From Promethearchaeati archaeon SRVP18_Atabeyarchaeia-1 (lineage in GTDB: Archaea; Asgardarchaeota; Atabeyarchaeia; Atabeyarchaeales; Atabeyarchaeaceae), in NCBI GenBank assembly GCA_037308085.1, contig CP147779.1, positions 1,376,001 to 1,440,000 of the forward strand: a stretch of 64,000 nucleotides of DNA, read 5' to 3'. The translations under genes were made by a program, and so were the position numbers. Position 1 is the stretch's first letter, and every line of letters begins with the position of its first letter. The notes under the pieces were generated by a model. That model ran no database searches. It worked only from the letters and a program-made list of their open reading frames with translations, and had not been told where the DNA came from. Below are positions 38,683-48,895 of this stretch, piece by piece.

Positions 38683-40008
38683 TCAGCCTTTCTGAAGCTT
38701 CGCGGCTATCCGCTCAAGTTTTCTTTCATTTCGGGACTTGAGGTCCATGGCTTCGTCCAGAGACTTGCCAATGTTCACTAGGAATGCTTCCTTGTTCTCA
38801 CCTTGCTCCTGGAAAGGTGGAGATTCAACATACTCCAGGTTAGATAGTACATCAATCATATCCCTATCAACCTTAAGATGCGGGTTGAGCTTAGCCTTGG
38901 AGTAATATGCGACGCCTCTAAACCCAACACGAGAAGGCAACCCATCACTTCTTACAGCATCTAGGATCGCTGGGGCAACACCGTCTCTTCCATCCGTCAC
39001 CAGCACGCGGGATAGCCCAGCATAGGACGTTGTAATCCTTGCATTAACCTCCATAAACACAGGCTCCTCACCTGTAAGCACGAAGTCTATCCCCACATAG
39101 CCTCTCAAGCCCTTTACCGCCTCGACAATCCTACGCGCGCAGTCAAACGCCTTGTCTCTTAGAGGATGATCAAAAGGCGTATACCCGCCCTCATACGTCG
39201 AACTCTGTTTATCGGGGGACCTAAGTTCAACCAGTTGCCTGTTGAGAGAAAGAGGCAAGGCATGACCATTCTTAGTGGAGAGAACGCTGACGCTTGCGTC
39301 CACCCCTTTGATGTATTCCTGTATCAGCAGCCTCCTCTGGGAGCCTCCCTCACCAAGATTTCTCAAAGCCATGCCAAGATCCCGCCGATCTCTGATGACA
39401 AAGACTCCTTCAGATCCGGCCCCATCCTTCGGCTTGATGATAACCGGATAGCCGATATCTCGCGCCAAGTCGTGAACGTCCGCCTCCTCCACATCCGTTG
39501 ATGTGGCAAAAGCGGCAGGTACACGAATCCCCAGCGACTTCGCCATTTCAGCGGCCCTCTCCTTGTCAGCAACAAGTTTCACCGCGCCGGAAGAAGATCC
39601 AAGTAAGATGGGACCTCTCTCCTCCGCAATCTCAGTCATCTTGAGCAATATGCCGTTGGTCTCTGGCGCGACAACGAGTGCTGCATCAACCTGCGACAGA
39701 GATGAACTGAATGCTCTATCAAATTCACTGCTTGAAGAGATCCTGGCTACACTCTTGGCAGCCAAAGGTTCAGCAGCTCCGCTAAGCCTTCGATCCAGCA
39801 AGGTAGCTACTTCACAGCCAGCGTTGTACGAGAAGTCTTTCAACAACGTATTAGACATCGCGTACGCTTCACTCAGTACCTGTGGAAAAGTGGGGCTCTC
39901 TGAGAAGCCTCCTCCCGTGAGATACTCGCAGATTAGCACACGAAGAGACAAAGGCAACTTCACCTGGGTTTTCCTGCCCGCAGTTGTGACAGTGAGCCTT
40001 CCACACAT
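38683..40008 (-). CDS. mfnD: ATP-grasp tyramine--L-glutamate ligase (start uncertain)
   Basis: CEYLTGGG, VAPET.GIL, IKPKDGAGS, QEYIKG, GLRGYVGID, EVNARITTSY. Confidence 0.85.
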   Translation of the reverse strand: MCGRLTVTTAGRKTQVKLPLSLRVLICEYLTGGGFSESPTFPQVLSEAYAMSNTLLKDFSYNAGCEVATLLDRRLSGAAEPLAAKSVARISSSSEFDRAFSSSLSQVDAALVVAPETNGILLKMTEIAEERGPILLGSSSGAVKLVADKERAAEMAKSLGIRVPAAFATSTDVEEADVHDLARDIGYPVIIKPKDGAGSEGVFVIRDRRDLGMALRNLGEGGSQRRLLIQEYIKGVDASVSVLSTKNGHALPLSLNRQLVELRSPDKQSSTYEGGYTPFDHPLRDKAFDCARRIVEAVKGLRGYVGIDFVLTGEEPVFMEVNARITTSYAGLSRVLVTDGRDGVAPAILDAVRSDGLPSRVGFRGVAYYSKAKLNPHLKVDRDMIDVLSNLEYVESPPFQEQGENKEAFLVNIGKSLDEAMDLKSRNERKLERIAAKLQKG

Positions 40009-40179
40009 CTTTATTAGTTGTGGTCGCTTACACTCAGCGTTTCAAGATGTTCCAGAAAATTGCTCACGCATACCTAGATCGAAGAGTAGTATTGAAAGAT
40101 ATTTAGGGTGATTTCACTACGTTAGTTTCAGTCGTCCCTAGAGGTGTGATCTCTGAAGGGGAGTTGGGGGCTAGGGTGA

Positions 40180-41724
40180 TTGGGCCAGAAAGATAGGATC
40201 CTACGGAAATTAGGCAGAGAGAGACTCTTGCAGCTAGCTGTTGCTTCATCTGGCGGTCGACGCTTCCCATACTGGTCTGTTCCCAAAAGACCCAGCAATG
40301 AAATGGATGAGAGCGCGTTAATCGCGATGGTCAAGGAGTCCATGAGTGTAGAGGAGATCAGGAGACGCCTGAAGATTCAAAAAGTTCAGGATCGCCGACG
40401 CTATCATTCTGCGCTAGCTCTTGTTGCGCTGGTAACAATACTTGGAGTTTCCTTCATTCCAGTAAACTCATTTATGACCAGCTCCCTTTCGGTCAACACA
40501 ACGCCACCAGAAGTGGAATGGAGCCGCGAATACGGTTTGAATCCTTCAACTTTCGGGACGATTGACAACGATCTCCAGCGGACATCAGATGGGGGATATG
40601 TTCTTGCAGGATACAATTATACTGGAGGCATCTTAATCATCAAGGTTGATCAGGACGGATTCGTGCAGTGGAGTAGAACTTATGGCGGAGAGGTATATGG
40701 CATAGCTTACTCAATCAAGCAGACTTCTGACCAAGGCTATATCATAGCCGGATCTTGCATCTACTACAACGTTAGCGGCAATTTCATCTTCATATTCGAC
40801 GAAGTATACATGGTCAGGACCGATGAATATGGCAACTTGCAGTGGAGCAGGACTTATCGTGTACTCGACAATAGTTACGCCTACGACGTTAGGCAGACTG
40901 CTGATGGAGGATACATCGTGGCAGGTATGACGGGCAACAACAGCGGCTCGACCAGCGCCTTGCTATTAAGGATCGACTCGGAAGGGGCTCTACTATGGAG
41001 CATGACGTATGGAACTGGTAGTGTGGCCTACTCAGTCTTGGAGGCGCCTGATGAGGGGTACATCTTTGCGGGGAGGTCCCCTATTGGCGTCGCGTGGCTT
41101 TTGAGAACAAACCAGTATGGGAAGGCGATGTGGAACAAGACATGTGTTAGGTCATTGTGGTCAGAAGCCCACTGTATTGAAGCGACTTCTGATGGAGGTT
41201 ACATTATTGGGGGGCGCGATGATTCCATCGACTACTCCCCTGGCAGTGAAGCTTTTGTCGTTAAGACTGACCAGGTCGGAAACGCCTATTGGGCTGCGTT
41301 CTACCGGGAAAGTTACTATAATTGTGCCGTCTCTGTTCACGAGACCAATAACGGGGGATTTGCAGTAGGCGGCTATGCGCAAGATTACTATTTCAGCGGA
41401 AGCGCAATGTGGATCCTGAAGATTGACGGAAATGGCGGGAAACTCTGGAATAAGACGCTAAATGGCTACGGATACGCAATAGGCGGCTGGATTCAAGTTA
41501 CCCCCGACGATGGATATGTCGTAGCTGGAACAAGCAATTACTATGGCAGTGCAGCCATGTTGATCCTTGAACTGAAACTGCCTGTATCGGTTGCCGTGCT
41601 GTTGTACGGTGCGGGCGTCGTTGCTGTACCTGTTTGTATTGTCAGCTTGGTTTTTTTGGGAAGTAGAGGGAGGAAGAGCAGACGGAGAAACCCTGTGTCA
41701 CCCTCGCGCGCTTCTATGGGATAG
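40180..41724 (+). CDS. Membrane-anchored beta-propeller protein with a cytoplasmic N-terminal helical domain
   Basis: About 7 repeats of (Q)TxDGGY(I/V)xAG...K/R-x-D-x2-G-x3-W, flanked by two TMs. Confidence 0.85.
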   Translation: MGQKDRILRKLGRERLLQLAVASSGGRRFPYWSVPKRPSNEMDESALIAMVKESMSVEEIRRRLKIQKVQDRRRYHSALALVALVTILGVSFIPVNSFMTSSLSVNTTPPEVEWSREYGLNPSTFGTIDNDLQRTSDGGYVLAGYNYTGGILIIKVDQDGFVQWSRTYGGEVYGIAYSIKQTSDQGYIIAGSCIYYNVSGNFIFIFDEVYMVRTDEYGNLQWSRTYRVLDNSYAYDVRQTADGGYIVAGMTGNNSGSTSALLLRIDSEGALLWSMTYGTGSVAYSVLEAPDEGYIFAGRSPIGVAWLLRTNQYGKAMWNKTCVRSLWSEAHCIEATSDGGYIIGGRDDSIDYSPGSEAFVVKTDQVGNAYWAAFYRESYYNCAVSVHETNNGGFAVGGYAQDYYFSGSAMWILKIDGNGGKLWNKTLNGYGYAIGGWIQVTPDDGYVVAGTSNYYGSAAMLILELKLPVSVAVLLYGAGVVAVPVCIVSLVFLGSRGRKSRRRNPVSPSRASMG

Positions 41725-41782
41725 TACTAGAGATTCGGTCGAGGATCATGGTGTTGTGCGGGATAGAACAACTTGCAGTAGG

Positions 41783-42949
41783 TCACGCGACGCTTATCGG
41801 ATAGTTGCCAAACTTCTGGCGGATCCTCATGACAGCCTGCCAGCGATCCAAGGTCACGGCTGGATTGATGCTATGTCCGCTGCTGAAGATGTACCCCCCA
41901 CCTGGTGCAAGCTCCCTAATCAGCCTCTTGGCGTAGTCTTCGATTTCCCTTGTGGTACCTGTTGCAAGCATCATGGGGCTTATGTTGCCCACGAAGGTAA
42001 TCCTGTCACCATACTTCTCGTGCAGTTTGAAGATGTCGTACTCGGGGTTAGCCGTGGTGGGCTCGATGGGGTTAAGGGCGTCCACTCCACAGTCAACTAG
42101 GTCCTGGAAAATCTGGGTCAGGTCTCCATCTGAGTGCAACATTATCCTGCAATCATGTTTGTGGGCAGCCTGGCAGATCTGCTTGATCCAAGGGAACACG
42201 TAGTTTTGATAGTTCTTTGGGCTCATGAAGAGCCCATTCTTGTACCCGTAGTCGTCCCAGAGGAGCACCATCTGCGCGTCGTTCTCAGCTAGAATCTTCA
42301 CGAGCTCTAGGGTGAATTTGCCTCTATCGTCGAAAACCTTTTTGACTTCCTTGCCGTGCGAGAGTAATCTGGAGAATCTCTCTAGCCCAAACCCTTCCCA
42401 TGTACACTCCATTAGGGCGCCAGTTGAAGGTATTGCGAATACTTCGTTCTTCATCTTCTTCTGCACATCCCTACCCGCGAGGAAGCCTGTCAGACGGACC
42501 TCGTCGGCTGGATCAGGTTGCTCAAAACTCTCATAATCGGAGAAATCCTTGAAGTAGCCGCCATAGTAGTTAAGTGTCGTCGTGCCGTCAGCCGCAACCT
42601 TCTCAGGCCTCATGATGCGGCCATACTCGTCCACGAAGCCATTCTCAAGCAGCTTCCTAGGGAAGAGTGAGGTTACACTCAGCGTAATGTCAAGTTTGAC
42701 TCTCCGGGAAAACTCGTAGCCGTTCTCCAATCCTTTGGCAACGAACTCCCGGCTCTTCAATGCAGTTCTAACGATCTGATCCTTGTTGGGCAGAGACTTG
42801 ATAGCACCCAGACCATCTGTTAAGCCACCCGAGGTGGGCACACCATAGTGGGACATGATAGTGTTGTTTGTGAAGGCAGATTCAAAGCATGGCACCCGGT
42901 CAGGCTCCTCATGGTTCACAGTCTTCAAGACCCTTGTCGGAGCGTCCAT
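41783..42949 (-). CDS. Uroporphyrinogen decarboxylase / MtaA-CmuA methyltransferase family protein
   Basis: EPDRVP, VDEYGR, WDDYG, LHSDG, LNPIEP, GNI, GGGYIFSSGHSI. Confidence 0.85.
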   Translation of the reverse strand: MDAPTRVLKTVNHEEPDRVPCFESAFTNNTIMSHYGVPTSGGLTDGLGAIKSLPNKDQIVRTALKSREFVAKGLENGYEFSRRVKLDITLSVTSLFPRKLLENGFVDEYGRIMRPEKVAADGTTTLNYYGGYFKDFSDYESFEQPDPADEVRLTGFLAGRDVQKKMKNEVFAIPSTGALMECTWEGFGLERFSRLLSHGKEVKKVFDDRGKFTLELVKILAENDAQMVLLWDDYGYKNGLFMSPKNYQNYVFPWIKQICQAAHKHDCRIMLHSDGDLTQIFQDLVDCGVDALNPIEPTTANPEYDIFKLHEKYGDRITFVGNISPMMLATGTTREIEDYAKRLIRELAPGGGYIFSSGHSINPAVTLDRWQAVMRIRQKFGNYPISVA

Positions 42950-43112
42950 CTTACCACCCACGTCTCTAATTGTGCGGAAGATATATTTCAATGCAGATGT
43001 TGTCTACTTGACAATACGAGACTTCTTGGCGACCGATCAATCAGTCGTATATATTTGATGTAAGCAGAATACTTCTGCAGAGACAAAACCCCTGGTTTCT
43101 TGAGGTGATAGT

Positions 43113-43742
43113 GTGTCATTAGACTCGATCAGGAGACTCCTAGCAGATCTAGCTGTGGATGAAATAGGCGCAGAGGTACAGTCTGAACTGGATGCTGGTA
43201 CAAATCCCCGAGACATTCTCAAGGCGCTTACTCTAGGTATGGATGACGTGGGAAAGCGATACGAAGCAATGGAGTACTATCTGACTGAGCTGGTGCTCGC
43301 AGGCGAAACGATGAAGGAAGCGTTCAAGGTGCTTCAGCCACATCTGAAGACCGAGGAGAAAGGAAAGAATCAGACCATAGTCCTTGCAACAGTTAAGGGA
43401 GATAACCACGATATCGGCAAGAACATACTTGCCTCGATGCTGATGTCAGCCGGCTACAATATCATCGATTTAGGCACTAATGTGGACGAAAAGGAGATCA
43501 CCAAGGCAGTCAAGGAATCAAGCGCCAAGGTGCTCGCGCTCAGCTCGCTTCTCACTATGACCGCTCCAGAAATCGCCGTCGTTGATAAGGCGCTAAAGGA
43601 TGCTGGAGTGAGGAGGAAAGTAAAGTTGATAGTCGGTGGGGCACCTCTCAATATGGCGCTGGCGAAGAAGCTTGGTGCTGATGACTACGCGGACGATGCC
43701 GTGGCAGGTGTGAAGCACATAAAACAGCTGATGTCATCATAA
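43113..43742 (+). CDS. Methyltransferase corrinoid (B12-binding) protein, MtaC/MttC-like
   Basis: Cap GMDDVGKRYE..EYYL.EL; GDNHDIGKNI (DxHxxG); SSLLT; VGGAP. Confidence 0.92.
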   Translation: MSLDSIRRLLADLAVDEIGAEVQSELDAGTNPRDILKALTLGMDDVGKRYEAMEYYLTELVLAGETMKEAFKVLQPHLKTEEKGKNQTIVLATVKGDNHDIGKNILASMLMSAGYNIIDLGTNVDEKEITKAVKESSAKVLALSSLLTMTAPEIAVVDKALKDAGVRRKVKLIVGGAPLNMALAKKLGADDYADDAVAGVKHIKQLMSS

Positions 43743-43798
43743 GCCAAACAATTCCTGCCCACCCCGAGTCGTAGAAGCCCGCGCACTCTCTCTCTTAG

Positions 43799-44491
43799 TC
43801 AAATCGGCTTAGCATCCAGTTTCTCAAGGTACATTTTCTCGATTTCGCTGGCATAACCGCCTATCATGCTCCGCGCAGTCGATGAGGATCCTACAATCGA
43901 GCTAAGCAATTCGTGAAGGTGCAGTACACCGGAGAACTCCTTATCGCACGTCCTGCCAAACCGCGGTGCCCGGCAGTAGTGGCAGACTCTCAACGCGAAG
44001 AATTGCAGCATTTCAACGGAAAGGGGAACACCAATAACGTCGCCAGCCGCGCCTCTCGTCGAGCCACAGGGGGATTCACGCAGAATGTCGATATGCGAAA
44101 TCCTGCCATCGTCAATTCTAGCATCAAACTTCGGCCTTCCGTAAAACTTGGCATATTCGTCGAATTCTCTCACACCTGTGCCGCTTTCCAAGGAGCACAT
44201 CGTCATGGGCGCAAGTACTTTCTCAAAAACCCGCTTCGCTTGGTTCAGGAAGCCAAGGCCAAAACTAACCCCAAGGATTGTTGGCACTCTCTTCTCCAGT
44301 AGCGCCAATACGATGTCAGGGTGTCTTAAGTAGGAGATGTAGAGATCGCATTTTGGAATATCCAACTTGGCGTCGTCTACAATTGGTGAGTCAGGAGATT
44401 CAACCAGAATCCATTCAGTAGGGAATCTCCTCTTAATGTTCTCGTATGCCCTGTCTCCGTACTTGCCATCGCTGAGTATACCTATCTCCAT
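43799..44491 (-). CDS. DUF166-family protein
   Basis: P.TMCSL, YGRPKF, RESPCGST, HYCRA pattern. Confidence 0.7.
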   Translation of the reverse strand: MEIGILSDGKYGDRAYENIKRRFPTEWILVESPDSPIVDDAKLDIPKCDLYISYLRHPDIVLALLEKRVPTILGVSFGLGFLNQAKRVFEKVLAPMTMCSLESGTGVREFDEYAKFYGRPKFDARIDDGRISHIDILRESPCGSTRGAAGDVIGVPLSVEMLQFFALRVCHYCRAPRFGRTCDKEFSGVLHLHELLSSIVGSSSTARSMIGGYASEIEKMYLEKLDAKPI

Positions 44492-44982
44492 TTACTCTCT
44501 CTCCGAGGACCTGGAGTTTCACTATCAGGTGAAATTCGAATGGAGATAAATATGTTTGCTGGTTCAGTTCTGTTAGCTCTCCGAGTGATTCGATGGAAGC
44601 TAGCATCCGGAGCGCTAGCAGGGCTGCTCACTTCATGAGTGGACTGGCATGGGAGAAACAGAAAAGTGCATCACTGAGTGGTCTGGGCGCTCTGATCAGA
44701 ACACTTTTCCAAAAGGATAAAAGGCAGCTGGCAGGTAATCTGGGACAAATATTATATCCCATCTCGCTTCGTATCCTCTCCGGCATTTCTTGATGGGTTT
44801 GCTTTTGGATCTTCTCAACGAGGTTTCCTCCTTCCGCTATAGATCAATCCAGGCACGAGGTTTATCTCAATAGCTAACTGGAGCAAGACCAACTCTTTAA
44901 TGTGATGTAGCAAGAAAAAAAGGGGGAGAGCATATGTGGGATATTTCCGAACTTAGCCCACTAATGCGTGCGCTGCTAGTTC

Positions 44983-46287
44983 TTATCCTCTTCTGTTCTT
45001 GCTTCGCCCTATTACGAAGGAGACTGCCAAGGCTATGACGAAAGCTAGACCCGCACTGAGAAATACACTAGTCCACTCAATTCCTGAAGGAGCTGGCCCT
45101 GGAGCGGCGGTCGTACCATACTGGAAGACGTATAACGTATTGTCGTCGCAGCCATATGCTATAAGGCTTCCATCGCCCGAAATCCCGACAGCTGATCCGA
45201 AAGTACCTGATATAGAACCGCCAACATCGTAACTCCAGAGAAATCCAAGACTCTTTGAGAACAAGTATGCTTTTGGACTCATCCCTGTGTCACCACAAGC
45301 GATCGTGGATCCATCGGACGACACTGCGACTGAGTTAGCGATCGCGCCCATATCATATTCAATCAAGGTCGCGTTACTGGCTCGCCCGAATACCTTGAAA
45401 TAGTGGTCCAGTCCGACCCCCGAGATAGTCGTCCCGTCACGCGAAACTGCGACAAAGTCGGCCTCGTAACCAGTATCATAGTTCCATAGTGTTGCGTTGT
45501 CTTGTCTGCCAAAAGCATGAATAAAGTGGTCGTTTCCACATGCGGCTATTGTGTTCCCATCATCTGAGATAGCTACGCTGTATAGCTCACTGCTACTTCT
45601 GTAGGTCCATAGTGTTGCGTTGCTCAGTCTGCCAAAGACGCGAACATAGTGGTCGCTTCCGCCTCCGCATGCGACTATGGTGTTCCCGTCTCCCGAAACA
45701 GCTACGCCATATTTGTAAGTATTCAGCTGAGTAGTTTTGTATGTCCATATTGGTGTGCCACTCTGTCTGCCAAAAACACGAATGCAGTAGTCGTTTCCAC
45801 ATGCGGCTATTGTGTTCCCGTCCGCCGAGACGGATACGCTGTTAATGTTAACGAGAGTCGTGTACGTCCATATTGGCATGTTACTCCCTCTGCTGAAGAC
45901 CCGGATCTGGCCATCCGGTGATGCTGTGCCAGCAACTATCGTGTTTCCGTCAGCTGAGACAGCGACGACGTGTATCACAGAGGTACTTGTGAATGTCCAC
46001 ATTGGTGTGCTACTCTTTTGATTGAAGACGTAGAGATTCTTGTCCGAACTTCCAGCTACTATTGTATTGCCATCCTCAGAGACAGCCACTGCTCGAACTG
46101 TATCACCAGCTGTATACGTCCAGTAGGGCGCAGATGGTGGTGTAGGAATCAATTGTGCTGATCGCTGCGCCAGCGACTGTGCTACTGGGACGCCTTGAAC
46201 ACTGCACAAGCCGACTACAATTGTCGTCAGGACGAAGATGGTAGAGGCTAAGAAGATCAATCCATTCCTTCTTTTCATTCCCCTCAT
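44983..46287 (-). CDS. Secreted WD40-like beta-propeller with C-terminal membrane anchor
   Basis: About 8 repeats of VAVSxDGNTIxA...D..x.VF...x.P/LW.Y; signal peptide; TM + basic tail. Confidence 0.9.
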   Translation of the reverse strand: MRGMKRRNGLIFLASTIFVLTTIVVGLCSVQGVPVAQSLAQRSAQLIPTPPSAPYWTYTAGDTVRAVAVSEDGNTIVAGSSDKNLYVFNQKSSTPMWTFTSTSVIHVVAVSADGNTIVAGTASPDGQIRVFSRGSNMPIWTYTTLVNINSVSVSADGNTIAACGNDYCIRVFGRQSGTPIWTYKTTQLNTYKYGVAVSGDGNTIVACGGGSDHYVRVFGRLSNATLWTYRSSSELYSVAISDDGNTIAACGNDHFIHAFGRQDNATLWNYDTGYEADFVAVSRDGTTISGVGLDHYFKVFGRASNATLIEYDMGAIANSVAVSSDGSTIACGDTGMSPKAYLFSKSLGFLWSYDVGGSISGTFGSAVGISGDGSLIAYGCDDNTLYVFQYGTTAAPGPAPSGIEWTSVFLSAGLAFVIALAVSFVIGRSKNRRG

Positions 46288-46522
46288 CCTACTAGCTGAC
46301 CTGAAAACTGTATCCCTATCTAATCTTATATAGTTAGCTGGGTCGCCGCGGATACTTCTATCTCCATGTTGTTCGCAGAACAGAGATCCGCATGTTTGGG
46401 GAAATCGTAGGCTCTATTCGGGAGAATATTCCCTCTGCGTGGAGTGCGCGCTCAGGAATCAGCATCCAATCACGAAGATAGAAATGAACTCTGGAGAAGA
46501 AGATTCGCCTATCCTTTCTTGC

Positions 46523-48889
46523 CTAGAAGCTTTCATGCTCTGTTCTTTTTATTATCTCATTCTGCAGTTCGGGTGTGAGATCGACGAAATAGTCGCTGTA
46601 TCCGGCGACTCTTACGATTAGATCCCTGAATTTCTCGGGGTTGCTTTGTGCCTCCCGGAGGGTCTCAGCGTCTATCACGTTGAACTGAATGTGGTGACTG
46701 TCGAGTCGGAAATGGGTGCGAATAAGGTGTAGCAGGTTGTCTAGCCCCTCCTCTGTTGAGAGCAGGTGAGGCGAGAACTTCTGGTTCAGCAGGGTCCCTC
46801 CTGTCCGCAGATGATCGATTTTGGAGACGGATTTGATAACCGCAGTCGGGCCATTTGTGTCGACTCCTTGGACCGGTGAGACTCCCTCTGACAGCGGTTC
46901 GCCGCTTTTCCTCCCATCCGGCATGGCGCCTGTCAGGCTGCCAAAGTAGATGTGGACAGTGGTAGGTAGAAGGTTGATCCTGTGGTGTCCTCCCTTGGTA
47001 TTGGGTCGTCCGTCAATGGCTTTGAAGTAGCTCTCAAAGACGGCCTGCATGACGCTATCAGCGTAGTCGTCATCGTTCCCGTATTTGGGAGTTTCGTAGA
47101 CAAACCTCTCCCTGAGTGACTCAGAGCCCTCAAAGTTGTTGTGCAGGGCCTTGAGAAGTTCTTTCATGGTGATTTGCTTCTTGTCATAGATATTGTATTT
47201 GATTGAGGTCAGGGAATCAGTTACGCTGCCTAATCCTACGCCTTGGATGTAGGAGCTGTTGTATCTGGCTCCGCCACCATTGTAGTCTTTGCCTTTGGCT
47301 ATGCAGTCGTCAATTAGGAGTGAGAGGAAGGGTGAGGGCATGTAGGTGGAATAGATCTGCTCGATAATGTTGTTTCCCTTGATCTTAATGTCGATGAAGT
47401 GTCTCAGCTGCTTCTCGAAGGCGCTGTACAGCTCTTCGAAGCTCTTGAAGGTAGCTGGGTCGCCGGTTCTCAGCCCGATCTGCATTCCTGTTCTCGGGTC
47501 AACGCCGCCATTAAGGGTTATTTCGAGGATCTTGACCAGATTGAAGTAGCCGGTCAGAATGTAACACTCCTTTCCAAATGCTCCTGTCTCAACGCACCCG
47601 CTGGATCCTCCATTTCGTGCATCCTGCAAGGATTTGCCCTGCCTGAGCAACTCCTGAATGATAGCTTCGGTATTGAATAGTGATGGCTGGCCAAAACCAG
47701 TCTTAATGATATCCAGGGCTCGTCTGAGCAGACTGTCAGGGGTCTTCTTGCTCAGTTGAACCATGGCGCTTGGCTGTAATAGCCGCATTTCGTCAACAAC
47801 GTCGAGGATCAGGTAGGAAAGCTCGTTTGTGGCATCTGATCCGTCTTCCTTGACTCCTCCTATGTTGATCAAGCTAAAATCAGTGTACGTGGCGCTCTCC
47901 TGCGCAGTCACGCCAACCTTTGGCGGCGCAGGTTGGTTGCTGAACTTAATCCAAAATGCTTGCAGTAGCTCTCTGGCTGCCTCTCTTGTTAATGTACCAT
48001 CTTCAAGCTCTTTCTTGTAGAATGGCAGAATGTGTTGGTCCAGTCGCCCGGGGTTGAATGAATCCCACGTATTTAGTTCGATGGTGACTCCGATGTGAAC
48101 AAACCAGTAGTATTGCAGTGCTTCCCAGAAGGTTCTTGGCGCATTTGCCGGCACCCAGCGGCAGATCTCCGACATCTTCAACAATTCATCTTTCCGATTG
48201 CTATTCTCCTCTTTCTTCGCCAACTCCTTCAAGGCTTCTGAATACCGTCCTGCATAGGCTATCAATGCATCGGCGGCGATATCCATTGCTTTCAGTTCTT
48301 CCCTCTTGTCGAGGGATTCAGGGTCATTGTAGAAGTCCAGGTTGGCGATAGCCTGCCTGATTTCTTGTTTGAGATCCTGAAATCCTTTTCTGTATATCTT
48401 GTCCCCCAGAACTGTATGCCCAGGTGCCCTCTGTTCCTGAAATTCCGTAAACACCCCGGCTTCGTAGGCCGCCTTCCATTCCTCGGCGACTGATTCGAAT
48501 ATCCTTTCTCGAATGGATCTGCCCTTCCAAAAGGGAATAATAGTGTCCCTGTAAATCTCTCTGGTTTGCTCACTGACTTTGAAGGGAATCTTCTTTCTGG
48601 AATCCAGGATATCCAGATCCTTCAAGCTATGAGTGCACAACTCTGGGTATGTTGGGGTGGCTTTTGGCTCTCTTCCTTTTTCCCCTACAATCAGCTCTCC
48701 ATCGTTGATGCAGAGTTGCTTGTTCTCAAGCAGATACCTGAAAGCGAGTGCCCGTTTCACCGGCAGGGACACTCGATCAGCGACATCACTCCGGTAGAAA
48801 CTGGTCAACAACATAGCCCTCTCAGGATCCACCTTAGGGACGGCCTTCAAGCTCTGTTCCCGCAACTTAGTGACCCGCTCGTTCACCAT
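46523..48889 (-). CDS. hypD: Glycyl radical enzyme, trans-4-hydroxy-L-proline dehydratase
   Basis: EQRAPGH, WDSFNPG, ESATYTDF, SGCVE, LTGYFN, LPTTVH, RVAGY match the HypD active-site pattern. Confidence 0.88.
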   Translation of the reverse strand: MVNERVTKLREQSLKAVPKVDPERAMLLTSFYRSDVADRVSLPVKRALAFRYLLENKQLCINDGELIVGEKGREPKATPTYPELCTHSLKDLDILDSRKKIPFKVSEQTREIYRDTIIPFWKGRSIRERIFESVAEEWKAAYEAGVFTEFQEQRAPGHTVLGDKIYRKGFQDLKQEIRQAIANLDFYNDPESLDKREELKAMDIAADALIAYAGRYSEALKELAKKEENSNRKDELLKMSEICRWVPANAPRTFWEALQYYWFVHIGVTIELNTWDSFNPGRLDQHILPFYKKELEDGTLTREAARELLQAFWIKFSNQPAPPKVGVTAQESATYTDFSLINIGGVKEDGSDATNELSYLILDVVDEMRLLQPSAMVQLSKKTPDSLLRRALDIIKTGFGQPSLFNTEAIIQELLRQGKSLQDARNGGSSGCVETGAFGKECYILTGYFNLVKILEITLNGGVDPRTGMQIGLRTGDPATFKSFEELYSAFEKQLRHFIDIKIKGNNIIEQIYSTYMPSPFLSLLIDDCIAKGKDYNGGGARYNSSYIQGVGLGSVTDSLTSIKYNIYDKKQITMKELLKALHNNFEGSESLRERFVYETPKYGNDDDYADSVMQAVFESYFKAIDGRPNTKGGHHRINLLPTTVHIYFGSLTGAMPDGRKSGEPLSEGVSPVQGVDTNGPTAVIKSVSKIDHLRTGGTLLNQKFSPHLLSTEEGLDNLLHLIRTHFRLDSHHIQFNVIDAETLREAQSNPEKFRDLIVRVAGYSDYFVDLTPELQNEIIKRTEHESF

Positions 48890-48895
48890 CTGGCT

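Noticed and set aside
45400-46100. Near-identical DNA repeats such as GTTTCCACATGCGGCTATTGTGTTCCC
   Set aside because: They are coding repeats of the WD40-like propeller blades, not an array.
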